A stretch of DNA of 64,000 nt from NCBI GenBank assembly GCA_016178725.1, contig JACOSV010000016.1:11132-75131 (forward strand), given 5' to 3'. Positions 38,961 to 47,771 of this stretch are shown here, in pieces (the stretch's first letter is position 1; each line of letters begins with the position of its first letter). The translations under genes were made by a program, and so were the position numbers. Origin of the DNA: Candidatus Eiseniibacteriota bacterium (GTDB taxonomy: Bacteria; Eisenbacteria; RBG-16-71-46). The notes under the pieces are model-generated. The model worked only from the letters and a program-made list of their open reading frames with translations, had not been told where the DNA came from and made no database searches.

Positions 38961-40993
38961 GCGCTCACCGTGACCGCGGACGCGGCGGCGGTCGCGGCGC
39001 CGGCGACGGGCGTCGCGGCGCCGTTCGCGGCGGCCGAGCGATAGAGCGCGTCCATCACGCGCTGGACGCGGAGCGCGGCCTCCACCGTCGTCGGCGGCGC
39101 CGGCCCGCCCTCCGCCCAGGCGAGAAATGCCGCGTCTTCCAAGTAGTACCCGTCGCCGTTCACGTCGAAGCGCGCCGGCTGCGGCAGATCCGCCGGGCGC
39201 TCACGCGTGTGCCCGGCCGCGAATCCGGCGCGCGGCGCGATCAGGTCGAGCTCGATGCCGTCGTTCGAGATCAGCAGCGTGCCGTTCTCGCCCTCGATCT
39301 CGACCACCACCGCCGAGAGCGGATAGCCGGGCACGCTCCACGACGATTCGAAGCCGACCGTCGCGCCGCTCGCGAGGCGCATCATGCCGTGGAGCTCGTC
39401 CTCGACCGCGCCGTAGAGCCGCTTCGCGGTCGCGGTCACCTCGACCGGCGTGCCGAGATACCACTCGAGCAGAAACAGCAGATGCGACGAGATATTCGCC
39501 ACGACGCCGCCGCCCGAGCGCGCCGGGTCGTACATCCAGCCCTGCCGCGCGCTGAAGACCTGCGACAGGTACATCGACGAACGCGCCTGCTTGATCGCGC
39601 CGACCGCGTCCACGGCGGTGCGCGCGCGGGCGAAGACGGGCAGATACGCGAGGGTGTACCCGCAGGAGATCGGCAGGCCGCTGTCGGCCGAGAGTCGTGC
39701 GAGCGCTTCGGCGTCGGCGAGCGTGTGCGCGAGCGGCTTCTCGACGAACACCGCGGCGCCGGCGGCGATCGCGGCGCGCGCGATCGGCAGATGCGCGTCC
39801 TGCTGCGTGCACACGAACACGGCGTCGGGGCGCGTCGCGAGCAGCATCGCATCGGCGCTGACGAAGAACGGCGCGCGATAGCCCATGCCGCGGAGGCTCT
39901 TGCCGAGCGGCGCGTGATGATCCGCGAGGCCGACGACCTCGCATCCGGGAATCATCGAGAGCACCGCGGTGTGCGCGACGCCCATCTTGCCGAGGCCGAC
40001 GACGCCGACGCGGACGGGCTTCCGCGGCGCGGGCGACAGGCCATCATGCGAGCCGATCGTCCCGACCGGCTCGCCGGCCTTCGCTGCGCTCGCTGCAGCC
40101 TTGGCGTGCTCGCGGGCGAACGCGCGCAGACCGTCGGCGAGCGGCGTCCAGCGGATCGGGAAGTCGCGCTGCGCCGGCGCCCGGTCCACGCGCGCGGGCG
40201 ACGTCATCCCGAGCACGTTGTCCACCGACACCGGCGGACGCTTCGAGATCATGCCGAGGATCGACGCCATCATCAGCGCGATGCCGCCCGGGATGTGCAC
40301 CGACGGCTTCCGGATTCCGATCTCGGCCGAGAGCCGCGCGAGGAACTGGTCGAACGTGACGCGATCCGGTCCGAGCAGGTCGTAGGTCTTGCCCGTCACG
40401 TCCGCGCGCGTGACGCACTGCGCGATCACCTCGCACACGTCGTCGATGTGGATCGGATCGAGCTCGATCGTGCCGTCGCCAATCACCGGCACGACCGGGA
40501 GCGAGCGCAGGTACGCGGCGAGCGAGGCGAACAGGCCGATCGGCGCCGAGCCGTAGACCAGCGACGGGCGCACCGTCACCCACTCGAGCCCCGAGTGGGC
40601 GACCATCGCTTCGCCTTCTTTCTTGGTACGTCCGTACGGCCCCATGCGCTCGCGCGTCGCCGAGATCGTCGAGACAAAGACAAAGCGCCTCACGTGATGG
40701 CGTTCGGCCGCATCGAGCAGCGCGCGCGTGCCCGCGACGTTGACCGCGCGCACCGTGCGCTCGTCGGCGACGCCGGTCGCGCACGCGAGGTGGACGATCG
40801 CGTCCATGCCCGACGCGGCGCGGTCGAGCGACGCGGCATCGAGCATGTCGCCCGCGAAGGGATGGATGCGCGGGCCCGCGGGAACGGCTCCAGCGCGGCG
40901 CGCGAACGCGCGCACCTCGTGGCCGTCCTGGGCCAGACGCCGGATCAGCGCCTCGCCGATGAAGCCCGAGGCGCCCGTCACCAGCACGTTCAT
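38957..40993 (-). CDS. fusion protein: N-terminal NAD-dependent epimerase/dehydratase (SDR) + C-terminal Gfo/Idh/MocA oxidoreductase
   Basis: Track ORF, 678 aa. The N-terminus is MNVLVTGASGFIGEAL. A second Rossmann motif VRVGVVGLGKMGVAH occurs at about residue 330, followed by a Gfo/Idh/MocA-like C-terminal domain. Confidence 0.85.
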   Translation of the reverse strand: MNVLVTGASGFIGEALIRRLAQDGHEVRAFARRAGAVPAGPRIHPFAGDMLDAASLDRAASGMDAIVHLACATGVADERTVRAVNVAGTRALLDAAERHHVRRFVFVSTISATRERMGPYGRTKKEGEAMVAHSGLEWVTVRPSLVYGSAPIGLFASLAAYLRSLPVVPVIGDGTIELDPIHIDDVCEVIAQCVTRADVTGKTYDLLGPDRVTFDQFLARLSAEIGIRKPSVHIPGGIALMMASILGMISKRPPVSVDNVLGMTSPARVDRAPAQRDFPIRWTPLADGLRAFAREHAKAAASAAKAGEPVGTIGSHDGLSPAPRKPVRVGVVGLGKMGVAHTAVLSMIPGCEVVGLADHHAPLGKSLRGMGYRAPFFVSADAMLLATRPDAVFVCTQQDAHLPIARAAIAAGAAVFVEKPLAHTLADAEALARLSADSGLPISCGYTLAYLPVFARARTAVDAVGAIKQARSSMYLSQVFSARQGWMYDPARSGGGVVANISSHLLFLLEWYLGTPVEVTATAKRLYGAVEDELHGMMRLASGATVGFESSWSVPGYPLSAVVVEIEGENGTLLISNDGIELDLIAPRAGFAAGHTRERPADLPQPARFDVNGDGYYLEDAAFLAWAEGGPAPPTTVEAALRVQRVMDALYRSAAANGAATPVAGAATAAASAVTVSA

Positions 40994-41295
40994 GAGTGGG
41001 GGGCGGGCGGCAATTCCGCGGTCGATTGGGGAGATCGGGGGCTCTGGGCCGGGGCTTTCCCGGCAGCAAGAGCGCGCGGGAGTCTACACGGCGCGCGCGA
41101 GCGGGCGCAAACGCGATTCCCCTTGACGGCAATTCCGGCGCTTGTGGCACGTGCTCACGTGTCGCGTCGTGCGCTCGCGCGTGCGCGCGACCGATGAGCG
41201 CCGGCGACGTCTCGACGTCGACTCCGACACGGATCGTGTCGCGACGCGAGATCGTCCTCGAGCGTCGATGTGCGGACGTCGACTTCGGGCGCGCT

Positions 41296-42193
41296 ATGAT
41301 TCAGTTGCCCTCGCACGATCGACCCGCCCCCCGCGGAGTCACGTCCGTGCGCAGCTACTCGCTCGTTCATCTGTCCACCGAACTTCTCGCGCACATCGTC
41401 GAGGTCGAGGATCGCAGGCTCTACGCTCCGGCCGGATACTCTTCCATGCACCGCTACTGCGTCGGCGAGCACCACATGTCCGAGGACGTAGCGTTCAAGT
41501 GCATCCGAGTCGCCCGGGTGGCGCAGCATTTTCCCGCGGTTCTCGACGCCATCACCGATGGCCGGCAGCATCTCAGCGGCCTCGTCACGCTGGCGCCGCA
41601 TCTGACCGAGGACACCGCTCCCGAGCTGCTCGCCGCCGCCGCGCACCGAACACGCAGAGAGATCGAGCGGCTGCTGGCCGAGCGCTTTCCGCGGGCCGAC
41701 GCGCCGACGTGCGTACCGATCGAGACCGCCCCATCCCTCGATGGATTTCGGCAAGTGGCCCCGGGGCCAGTTGCGTCGGGCCGTGCAATGACGCCGACGA
41801 ACATCCCCACGCCGGTCGACGTGCCGCGGCCCCATGTCACGGCGCTCGCGCCGCAGCGTTCGGCGCTCAAGACCACGATCGATCAAGAGACCGAGGACAG
41901 GCTGCGCGAGGCGCATGCGGTGCTCGGGCATCGGGTGCCCGCCAACGATCTCCCGGCCGTGCTCGATCGGACGGTGCGTTGGTCATGGAACTCGGCGGGC
42001 GGCGGACCTGATGGCGGTGCACCCGATGCGAGCGCGAGCCAGGGATGGCGGAGCGAGCACTCGGCTGCAGCGCAGCGACGCAGGATGCGTCGCGGAGCGT
42101 GCCGCCGTCAGGTCTGCCGGCTGCCGAGCCACGGCCCGAGCGCGACGATCACTCGAGTTCGATCATGCGACGCCGTACGCGCGCGGAGCCTAG
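41296..42193 (+). pseudogene. decayed HNH endonuclease gene (DUF222-like N-terminal region), frameshifted and 3'-truncated
   Basis: Frame 1 from ATG 41296 reads LLAHIVEVEDRRLYAPAGYSSMHRYCV..HMSEDVAFKCIRVARVAQHFPAVLDAITDGRQHLSGLVTLAPHLTE...TRREIERLLAERFPR, as in HNH-signature proteins. The HNH block LEFDHATPYARGA lies in a different frame (track ORF 41834..42193). It stops at a CTAG shared with the convergent gene, so the zinc-finger Cys residues and the C-terminal half are missing. Confidence 0.55.
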
Positions 42194-43194
42194 TCCCCCG
42201 CGCGCTGGCGGCTCACCGCACGATCGGCGGCGAGCCTCAAGAGTCCGTTCGTCGCCCAATCCCACTCGCCGAGGTATTCGACGAACTCGGCGCCCGTGCC
42301 CTTCTTGAAATCGTAGACGCCGGGGTTCTTCTCGGGCTCGACGCCGCGCAGATCGTAGCTCCGCACGCCGAGACGCTGACACGCCTGCAGCAGCTCCCAG
42401 CACGTCGCGAACGACGCGTACACCTTGCGCGCCTCGGGCGTGGCCGCGGCCAGCATGTCCCACGCGCGATTGCCCAGGGCGACGCAGCCGCGCAGCGCGA
42501 GCAACCCGCCCGATACGTCGTCGCAGCGCCACACCATGAGCCGATCGCCGAACGCCTCGAACAGGCTCGCCATCTGCCGCGTCGAGAATTGCTCGCGCAA
42601 GGCCTTGTGCGTCTCCATCGCGTGATAGACGGCGAGGATCTCGCCGATCGCGGGGCGCTCCCATCGCCGCGCCGTGAGTCCATGCCGCCCCGAACGCTTG
42701 AGATTATGCCGCCAGTTGGACGAGAGCCCGGCGGCAAGCGCATCGGCGCCGCCCGCGAGATCGAGCCGCATGCTCATCCCGCTGCGCAGCTTCGTGCGCA
42801 CGCGTCGCCAGCCGAGCGCCGCGAGCGCGCGGGCGTCGTCGTCCCCCACGGCGCGGTGCGAGAACATGCGCCAGTAGTGCGCGACGCCGGGGATCGCGCG
42901 CGTCACCGCGCGCCGCAGGCCGCTCCCCCACGCCGCCAGGTCGCCCACCGGTCCGCCGGGCGTCCACAGCATGCGCACGCCGGGCGCGGGCGAGCGCACC
43001 AGCACCTGCGCCATCGCGCGCGGCGCGTCGCCATCGCGCGCGACGAAGCGGCGCACCTGCCAGCCGAGGCGGCGGCTGTGCTCACCCCACGCGTGGCTCT
43101 GATCGAGCGTCCAGTCGGCGAGCGTGAAAAGGTCCCGGTCCCACGAGGAGCTTGCCTCGGAGTCCGGGACCTCGGTCCACGGCGCCTCGCGCAC
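42190..43194 (-). CDS. FemAB-like / GNAT-fold acyl(aminoacyl)transferase family protein
   Basis: C-terminal part of track ORF 42190..43659. The GTG at 43194 lies 5 nt after the lemA stop. Contains W..DLF..ADWTLDQSHAWGEHSRRLGW and YDLRGVEPEKNPGVYDFKKGTG, as in FemAB/peptidoglycan-bridge-like families. The start is uncertain. Confidence 0.6.
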   Translation of the reverse strand: MREAPWTEVPDSEASSSWDRDLFTLADWTLDQSHAWGEHSRRLGWQVRRFVARDGDAPRAMAQVLVRSPAPGVRMLWTPGGPVGDLAAWGSGLRRAVTRAIPGVAHYWRMFSHRAVGDDDARALAALGWRRVRTKLRSGMSMRLDLAGGADALAAGLSSNWRHNLKRSGRHGLTARRWERPAIGEILAVYHAMETHKALREQFSTRQMASLFEAFGDRLMVWRCDDVSGGLLALRGCVALGNRAWDMLAAATPEARKVYASFATCWELLQACQRLGVRSYDLRGVEPEKNPGVYDFKKGTGAEFVEYLGEWDWATNGLLRLAADRAVSRQRAGD

Positions 43195-43199
43195 CGTCG

Positions 43200-43778
43200 C
43201 TAGCCTGCCTTCGCGAACTGGATCTCCACGTCCTGGCGGTCCGACTCGTCGGCCTTGAACAGCTCGGCCGGCTGGAGCGTCAGCCATCCGGCGACGATCG
43301 CGTCGGGCATCTGCTGGATGCGGGTGTTGAACGTCGTGACGGTGTCGTTGTAGAACTCGCGCCGATCCGCGATCTGGTTCTCGATCTCGCTGATCCGGCT
43401 CTGCAATTGCAGGAATGACGCATTGGCCTTGAGGTCGGGGTAGCTCTCGGCGACGGCGAAGAAGTTCCCCAGCGCGCGCGACAGCATGCCCTCGGCCTCG
43501 GCCCGCTCGGGGATGTTGCGCGCCGCCGCCAGCGCGCCGCGCGCTTCGCTCAACTTGTCGAAGATCGCCCGCTCGTGCTGCATGTAGCCCTCGCAGGTGC
43601 TCACCAGCTTCGGCAGCTCGTCGTGCCGCTGCTTGAGCAGCACGTCGATGTTCGCCCACGAACGGGCGATGTTGTTCTTGAGCGCGACCAGGCCGTTGTA
43701 GATGGACAGACCGTAGCCGACCGTGCCGAACACGGCAAAGCCGATGACGGCCGCCCAGAGGATCTCACCGGGATGCAT
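43200..43778 (-). CDS. lemA: LemA family protein
   Basis: Track ORF with an N-terminal TM. Contains NGLVALKNNIARSWANIDVLLKQRHDELPKLV and FYNDTVTTFNTRIQQMP, typical LemA blocks. Confidence 0.9.
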   Translation of the reverse strand: MHPGEILWAAVIGFAVFGTVGYGLSIYNGLVALKNNIARSWANIDVLLKQRHDELPKLVSTCEGYMQHERAIFDKLSEARGALAAARNIPERAEAEGMLSRALGNFFAVAESYPDLKANASFLQLQSRISEIENQIADRREFYNDTVTTFNTRIQQMPDAIVAGWLTLQPAELFKADESDRQDVEIQFAKAG

Positions 43779-43817
43779 CGTCTGCCTCCATGAATGGGAC
43801 GACCGGGACCACCCCGA

Positions 43818-44633
43818 TCACCGTGACCAGGGCATCCGCCCCGAAGACCACGCCGTGAGCCACCACGCGAGGCCGAACAACGTGAGCGCCGGCCCGCAGA
43901 GCAACTGGAAGAAGGACTGGAAGCCGAGATCCATCATCAGCGACTTCTGCGACTCCTGGCTGATGATGAACGTCGATTCGTTTTCGCCGCGGCGCACCAC
44001 CGCCACCGTTTCCTGATCGAGCGTCTGGCGCTGCGACACCACCGCGCCGTCGGTGCCGGTCGCCAGCATCAGGTCGCCGTCGCCGATCACCCGTTCCTGC
44101 GCGCGCGGCGTGGCGGTGCCGAGCACGAAGACCGTCTCGCCCCCCTCGAGCACCCGCTCGCGGAAGCGCAGCATCCCGACGCGCGCGAGCTGGCCCAGGG
44201 CCGACGCGTGCGCGTTCATGTAGTCCGCGTAGCACGCGGGCAGCGCGAGGCCCTCGTACTGTTCCTCGACGCCGAAGGCGATCGTGCAGGCCGCGTCGTG
44301 CGGATAGACCATCGCTACACCGGTGTCGTCCTGCACGAAGAACGGCTGCCCCGACTGGTTGCGGTGGATGACGGTCCAGCCGCGCCGGCTGCGCGACGAG
44401 ATGTCCACCTGCCAGTACGCGCAGTCGTGCCCCGAGAACGGCGCGGTGACGTGGCTGCGCGGCTGCACGGTGCCGCGGATCTCGACCAACCCCATCGCCA
44501 TCGAGCGGATGCGCGCGGTCGGCGTGTTGGCGATCAGCCGGCGCGTGCGCATCGTGCGGAACCCGCGAGCGAAGAAGACCACGCCGGCGACGAGCGCGGC
44601 GCTCGCATAGAGCGGCATGGTGGACGCGTGCAT
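43818..44633 (-). CDS. GIDE-domain-like membrane protein
   Basis: Track ORF with an N-terminal TM. Contains RRLIANTPTARIRSMAMGLVEIRGTVQP...APFSGHDCAYWQV (bacterial GIDE pattern) and two C-terminal TM helices. Confidence 0.55.
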   Translation of the reverse strand: MHASTMPLYASAALVAGVVFFARGFRTMRTRRLIANTPTARIRSMAMGLVEIRGTVQPRSHVTAPFSGHDCAYWQVDISSRSRRGWTVIHRNQSGQPFFVQDDTGVAMVYPHDAACTIAFGVEEQYEGLALPACYADYMNAHASALGQLARVGMLRFRERVLEGGETVFVLGTATPRAQERVIGDGDLMLATGTDGAVVSQRQTLDQETVAVVRRGENESTFIISQESQKSLMMDLGFQSFFQLLCGPALTLFGLAWWLTAWSSGRMPWSR

Positions 44634-44642
44634 GGGTCCCTC

Positions 44643-45512
44643 CTAGAACCGTGCGTGCGCGCGCAGCACATCGGCCGCGTGCGCGAGGAACGTGAGCGCG
44701 CCGAGACTCAACGCCGGGCCGAGCACCAGGCCAGCCATGCGCCACGGCGGCGGCGCGAGCGCTGCGGCGGCGGGCTCGGCGTCCGAGACCAGGACGAAGT
44801 CGAGATGGCCGCCGCGGTCCATCCACAGATCGGTCTCGCTCGCGAACGGGCGACCCGGCTGGCGACGCTCGATGCCGAACGGTCCGCCGGAACGCGTGTG
44901 CGTCTCGACGATCGCGGCGTCGTCCGTGCCGGTGCGCAGCGCTTCGCTCTCGACCGGCATCTCGTACGGGCGCGCGACGCGCATCTGACCGACGACGTGC
45001 GCCTCGTCGCCCGCCATGAGCGCGCGCTCGACCAGCACGACCGGCTGCGACTGGCGGCGCATCCAGAACAGTTCGGCGCAGTCCTCGAACAGCGCCGTCA
45101 GGTGCTCGGAAATCGCATCGCCCGGCGCGATCGTGCGGCGGCCGGTTTCGGTGAGGCGCCACGCACCGTCGGTCGCGACCACGCGCGCGCTGGTCGCGCC
45201 GCTCACGATTCGGAACGGCTGCCGGCGCTCGATCACCGCGGCCGGCCGCGCGCCGGCGCCGCGCAGCTCGAGGCGGAATCCGGCGCACGGGCGGTTCGAG
45301 AGGGGCGCGAAGAGCGGCGCGTCGAGCACGACGCGGCCGCGGGTGTAGACGAAGCCGGTCGGCGCGTCGGCGAGCGCTGCTTCCTTCAGCGCCGCGAGAT
45401 GACGGCGCAGGCGGAACGCGCGCAGGCCGTCGCCGAACACCGGCGCGCCGGCGGCGACCGCGAACGCGGCGAACGCGACGCCCATGACGCTGGGCTCGAG
45501 GGTGAAATCCAT
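44643..45512 (-). CDS. second GIDE-like membrane protein (divergent paralogue)
   Basis: ATG at 45512 within track ORF 44643..45566. It has the same architecture: an N-terminal TM, then TGFVYTRGRVVLDAPLFAPLSNRPCAGFRLEL, and a C-terminal TM. Confidence 0.5.
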   Translation of the reverse strand: MDFTLEPSVMGVAFAAFAVAAGAPVFGDGLRAFRLRRHLAALKEAALADAPTGFVYTRGRVVLDAPLFAPLSNRPCAGFRLELRGAGARPAAVIERRQPFRIVSGATSARVVATDGAWRLTETGRRTIAPGDAISEHLTALFEDCAELFWMRRQSQPVVLVERALMAGDEAHVVGQMRVARPYEMPVESEALRTGTDDAAIVETHTRSGGPFGIERRQPGRPFASETDLWMDRGGHLDFVLVSDAEPAAAALAPPPWRMAGLVLGPALSLGALTFLAHAADVLRAHARF

Positions 45513-45579
45513 GGCCTCGGAGTTATCGGCGCGAGGCCCATGACGTTTGAGCGCCGTCTGCGGCACGACGGCGGCCCGA

Positions 45580-46353
45580 CTACCTCGCGCTGGCGAGCGC
45601 CCGGCCGCCGTCGATCGAGACGCAGGCGCCGGTGATCCATCCCGACTGCGGGCTCATGAGATAGAGCACCAGCGAGGCGATCTCCTCGGGCTTCCCCACG
45701 CGCCCGATCGGATGCGTGCCCTTCGAGCGCTCGAGGAATCCCGCATAGTCCGGGATCGCGTTCGTCACCGTGTGCAACTCGGTGACGACCACGCCCGGAT
45801 TCACCGCGTTCACGCGCACACCGTGCGGCGCGAGATCGAGCGCCGCGCACTGCGTGAACATGTCCACGCCCGCCTTGCTCACACAGTAGGCCATGAGTCC
45901 GGCGTACGGCCGCAGCCCCGCGACCGAGGAGATGCTGACGATCGAGCCCTTGCGTTCGATCAGGGCCGGCGCCGCGGCGCGGCTCATGAGGTACACGCTG
46001 CGCAAGTTCGAATCCAGCATGCGATCCCACTCGTCGGGCTCGGTGCCGGTCAGGCCCTTCGCCGGCCCGATCACGCCCGCCGCGTTGACGAGCCCGTCGA
46101 GTCCGCCGAACCGCCGGGTCGCTTCGGCGACCCACGCCGCGCACGTCGCCGGCTCACGCACGTCGCCGGTCACCGCGGCCGCGCGGCCGCCCGACGCCTC
46201 GATCGTCTTCACCACCTCGGCCAGCCGCTCGGCGCGGCGCCCCGCCGCCACGACGGACGCGCCCTCGGCGCCGAGCGCGATCGCGCATGCGCATCCGATG
46301 CCGCTGCTCGCGCCCGTCACCAGCGCCACGCGATCCGTGAATCGTCCGCTCAT
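45580..46353 (-). CDS. SDR family oxidoreductase (FabG-like)
   Basis: ATG at 46353 within track ORF 45580..46476. Contains TGASSGIG, NAAG, and S...YCVSK (YxxxK). Confidence 0.9.
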   Translation of the reverse strand: MSGRFTDRVALVTGASSGIGCACAIALGAEGASVVAAGRRAERLAEVVKTIEASGGRAAAVTGDVREPATCAAWVAEATRRFGGLDGLVNAAGVIGPAKGLTGTEPDEWDRMLDSNLRSVYLMSRAAAPALIERKGSIVSISSVAGLRPYAGLMAYCVSKAGVDMFTQCAALDLAPHGVRVNAVNPGVVVTELHTVTNAIPDYAGFLERSKGTHPIGRVGKPEEIASLVLYLMSPQSGWITGACVSIDGGRALASAR

Positions 46354-46397
46354 GCTTTTCCCCCGCGCGACGGGCCGTCGGCGTCCTTCGCGCGCCG

Positions 46398-46541
46398 TTA
46401 GCGGCGCTCGGCGAGGCGGCCCCTGCGATATCCGTAGACGAAGACCAGCGCGAACGCCAGAACGTGCAGCAGCCACCAGCCGGGCTTGAGGAACTGGAGC
46501 CCCTCGGGCAGCACCGAGGTCGAGCCCTGGAGCACGATCAT
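46398..46541 (-). CDS. small membrane protein (47 aa), hypothetical
   Basis: The ATG at 46541 is preceded by GGAGGG and lies 20 nt after the mutT stop. It has a single hydrophobic helix, WWLLHVLAFALVFVYGY. Confidence 0.4.
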   Translation of the reverse strand: MIVLQGSTSVLPEGLQFLKPGWWLLHVLAFALVFVYGYRRGRLAERR

Positions 46542-46561
46542 CGCGATCCCTCCGCGCGCGC

Positions 46562-46975
46562 TCACGGCGCGGCGCCCAGCGTGATCAGGAACTCTCGGTC
46601 CGCGGCGAGCACCTCGCCGAGCGCGATCGCGCGCGGCTCGATCCAGCGCACCGCGTGCACCGCGGCGCTCGGCGTGAAGCCGTCGCTCGCGAGATCGCAG
46701 GCGACGAACGTGATCTCGACCTCGAGGCCGTGCGAATACGTGTGGCGCGTGACGTGCAGCACGTCCGCGGCGCGCGCCGCGACGCCCAGCTCCTCGGCGA
46801 TCTCGCGCACCAGCGCCTGCTGCGGCGTCTCGCCGGGCTCGATCTTGCCGCCGGGGAACTCCCACAGCAGGCCGAGCGGGCCGCCCGGCGGCCGCTGCGT
46901 GAGCAGCAGGCGTCCAGCGCGCCGCACCACCGCCGCCGCCACGCGCACGGGCTTCGCCGTCACGGTCCCGCTCAC
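46562..46975 (-). CDS. mutT: NUDIX hydrolase, MutT-like (8-oxo-dGTP diphosphatase family)
   Basis: Nudix box GGKIEPGETPQQALVREIAEELGV. The GTG at 46975 (GAGG upstream) avoids overlap with the upstream gene. The track ORF extends to 47020. Confidence 0.8.
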   Translation of the reverse strand: MSGTVTAKPVRVAAAVVRRAGRLLLTQRPPGGPLGLLWEFPGGKIEPGETPQQALVREIAEELGVAARAADVLHVTRHTYSHGLEVEITFVACDLASDGFTPSAAVHAVRWIEPRAIALGEVLAADREFLITLGAAP

Positions 46976-46982
46976 CGCCGCC

Positions 46983-47771
46983 TCACGCCCGGCGACGCGG
47001 GTCGGGAAAGAGCAGCGCACGGAAGCGGTTGATCACGCCGCGCACGTTCGGCCCGCGCACGTTCGGCCCGCGCGCGCTCGGCCCGCGCACGTTCGGCCTG
47101 CGCGGCGACTCGGCGACCTCGCGCTCGAAGCGACGCAGGTACGAACGCTCGCCGCGTGCGCGTGCCGCGAGCGCCGATCGCGCCGCCCGGTAGAGCAGGG
47201 CCGCCTGATGCGCGTCGAGACGCCGCTCGCGCGCGAGATCGCCCGGCAGGCGCAGATAGCCGGGCGGCGCGTCCACGAGCAACGGTGAGCGCGCGAGCGC
47301 CCAGAGATCGCAGGCGCGCTCGCCGCGCGGCACGAGCCCGCGCGCCTGCAGGAGGTGCGTGAATTCGTGCGCGATCGTGAACGCGTCGAGCCGGCGCGGG
47401 CGCACCCAGACGCCGGGGTGCGCCGCGTCGAGCGATCCCCAGCCGAGCACGCCGCGCTTCTGCGCGAGGCCGACGCGGATCGTGATCCCGTCGAGCTCGG
47501 GAAAGAACCCGCGCACGAACTCGAGCCGCTCGCGGATGCGCTCGAGATGCGCCGAGCGGAGCGCGGGCCGCGAAAACCGCCAGCGCGGCGCCGGCGCGTC
47601 GAGATCCATCGCGAGCTGCTCGAGCGGCGCGGTGCGGCGCGCGCGGCGGCGGGGCGTCTCGCGTCGGCGTATGTCGACGGACGGAACGGCGCGTCGCCCG
47701 CGGATCGCGCGCGACGGCCGGAAACTCACCCGCTTCAGGCCGCCCGAAGCGGCGGCGGCGGCGTGATCCAT
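46983..47771 (-). CDS. hypothetical protein with HExxH motif and C-terminal pentapeptide repeats
   Basis: Track ORF. Contains FTIAHEFTHLLQ. The C-terminus is RRPNVRGPSARGPNVRGPNVRG. The start is uncertain: 47771 overlaps the upstream gene by 37 nt, and the alternative is M55 at 47609. Confidence 0.5.
   Translation of the reverse strand: MDHAAAAASGGLKRVSFRPSRAIRGRRAVPSVDIRRRETPRRRARRTAPLEQLAMDLDAPAPRWRFSRPALRSAHLERIRERLEFVRGFFPELDGITIRVGLAQKRGVLGWGSLDAAHPGVWVRPRRLDAFTIAHEFTHLLQARGLVPRGERACDLWALARSPLLVDAPPGYLRLPGDLARERRLDAHQAALLYRAARSALAARARGERSYLRRFEREVAESPRRPNVRGPSARGPNVRGPNVRGVINRFRALLFPDPRRRA
47039..47098. repeat. 4 x 15-bp in-frame tandem repeat (CGCGCACGTTCGGCC)
   Basis: Three identical units and one variant (cgcgcgcgctcggcc), encoding (G-P-N/S-V/A-R)n on the minus strand. 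Confidence 0.75.

Noticed and set aside
41146-41160. TGGCAC motif (cttgTGGCACgtgctcacg) as a sigma-54 promoter; likewise TGGCCACGGGACGCA near 49563
   Set aside because: The GC dinucleotide is not at the required 10-nt offset from GG: it is absent at the first site and off by one at the second. Sigma-54 promoters tolerate almost no spacing change.
41296-42193. HNH gene as an active homing endonuclease or mobile element
   Set aside because: The reading frame is broken, the metal-binding Cys residues and the C-terminal half of the HNH domain are missing, and no associated intron, intein or transposase is present. I report it as a pseudogene remnant.
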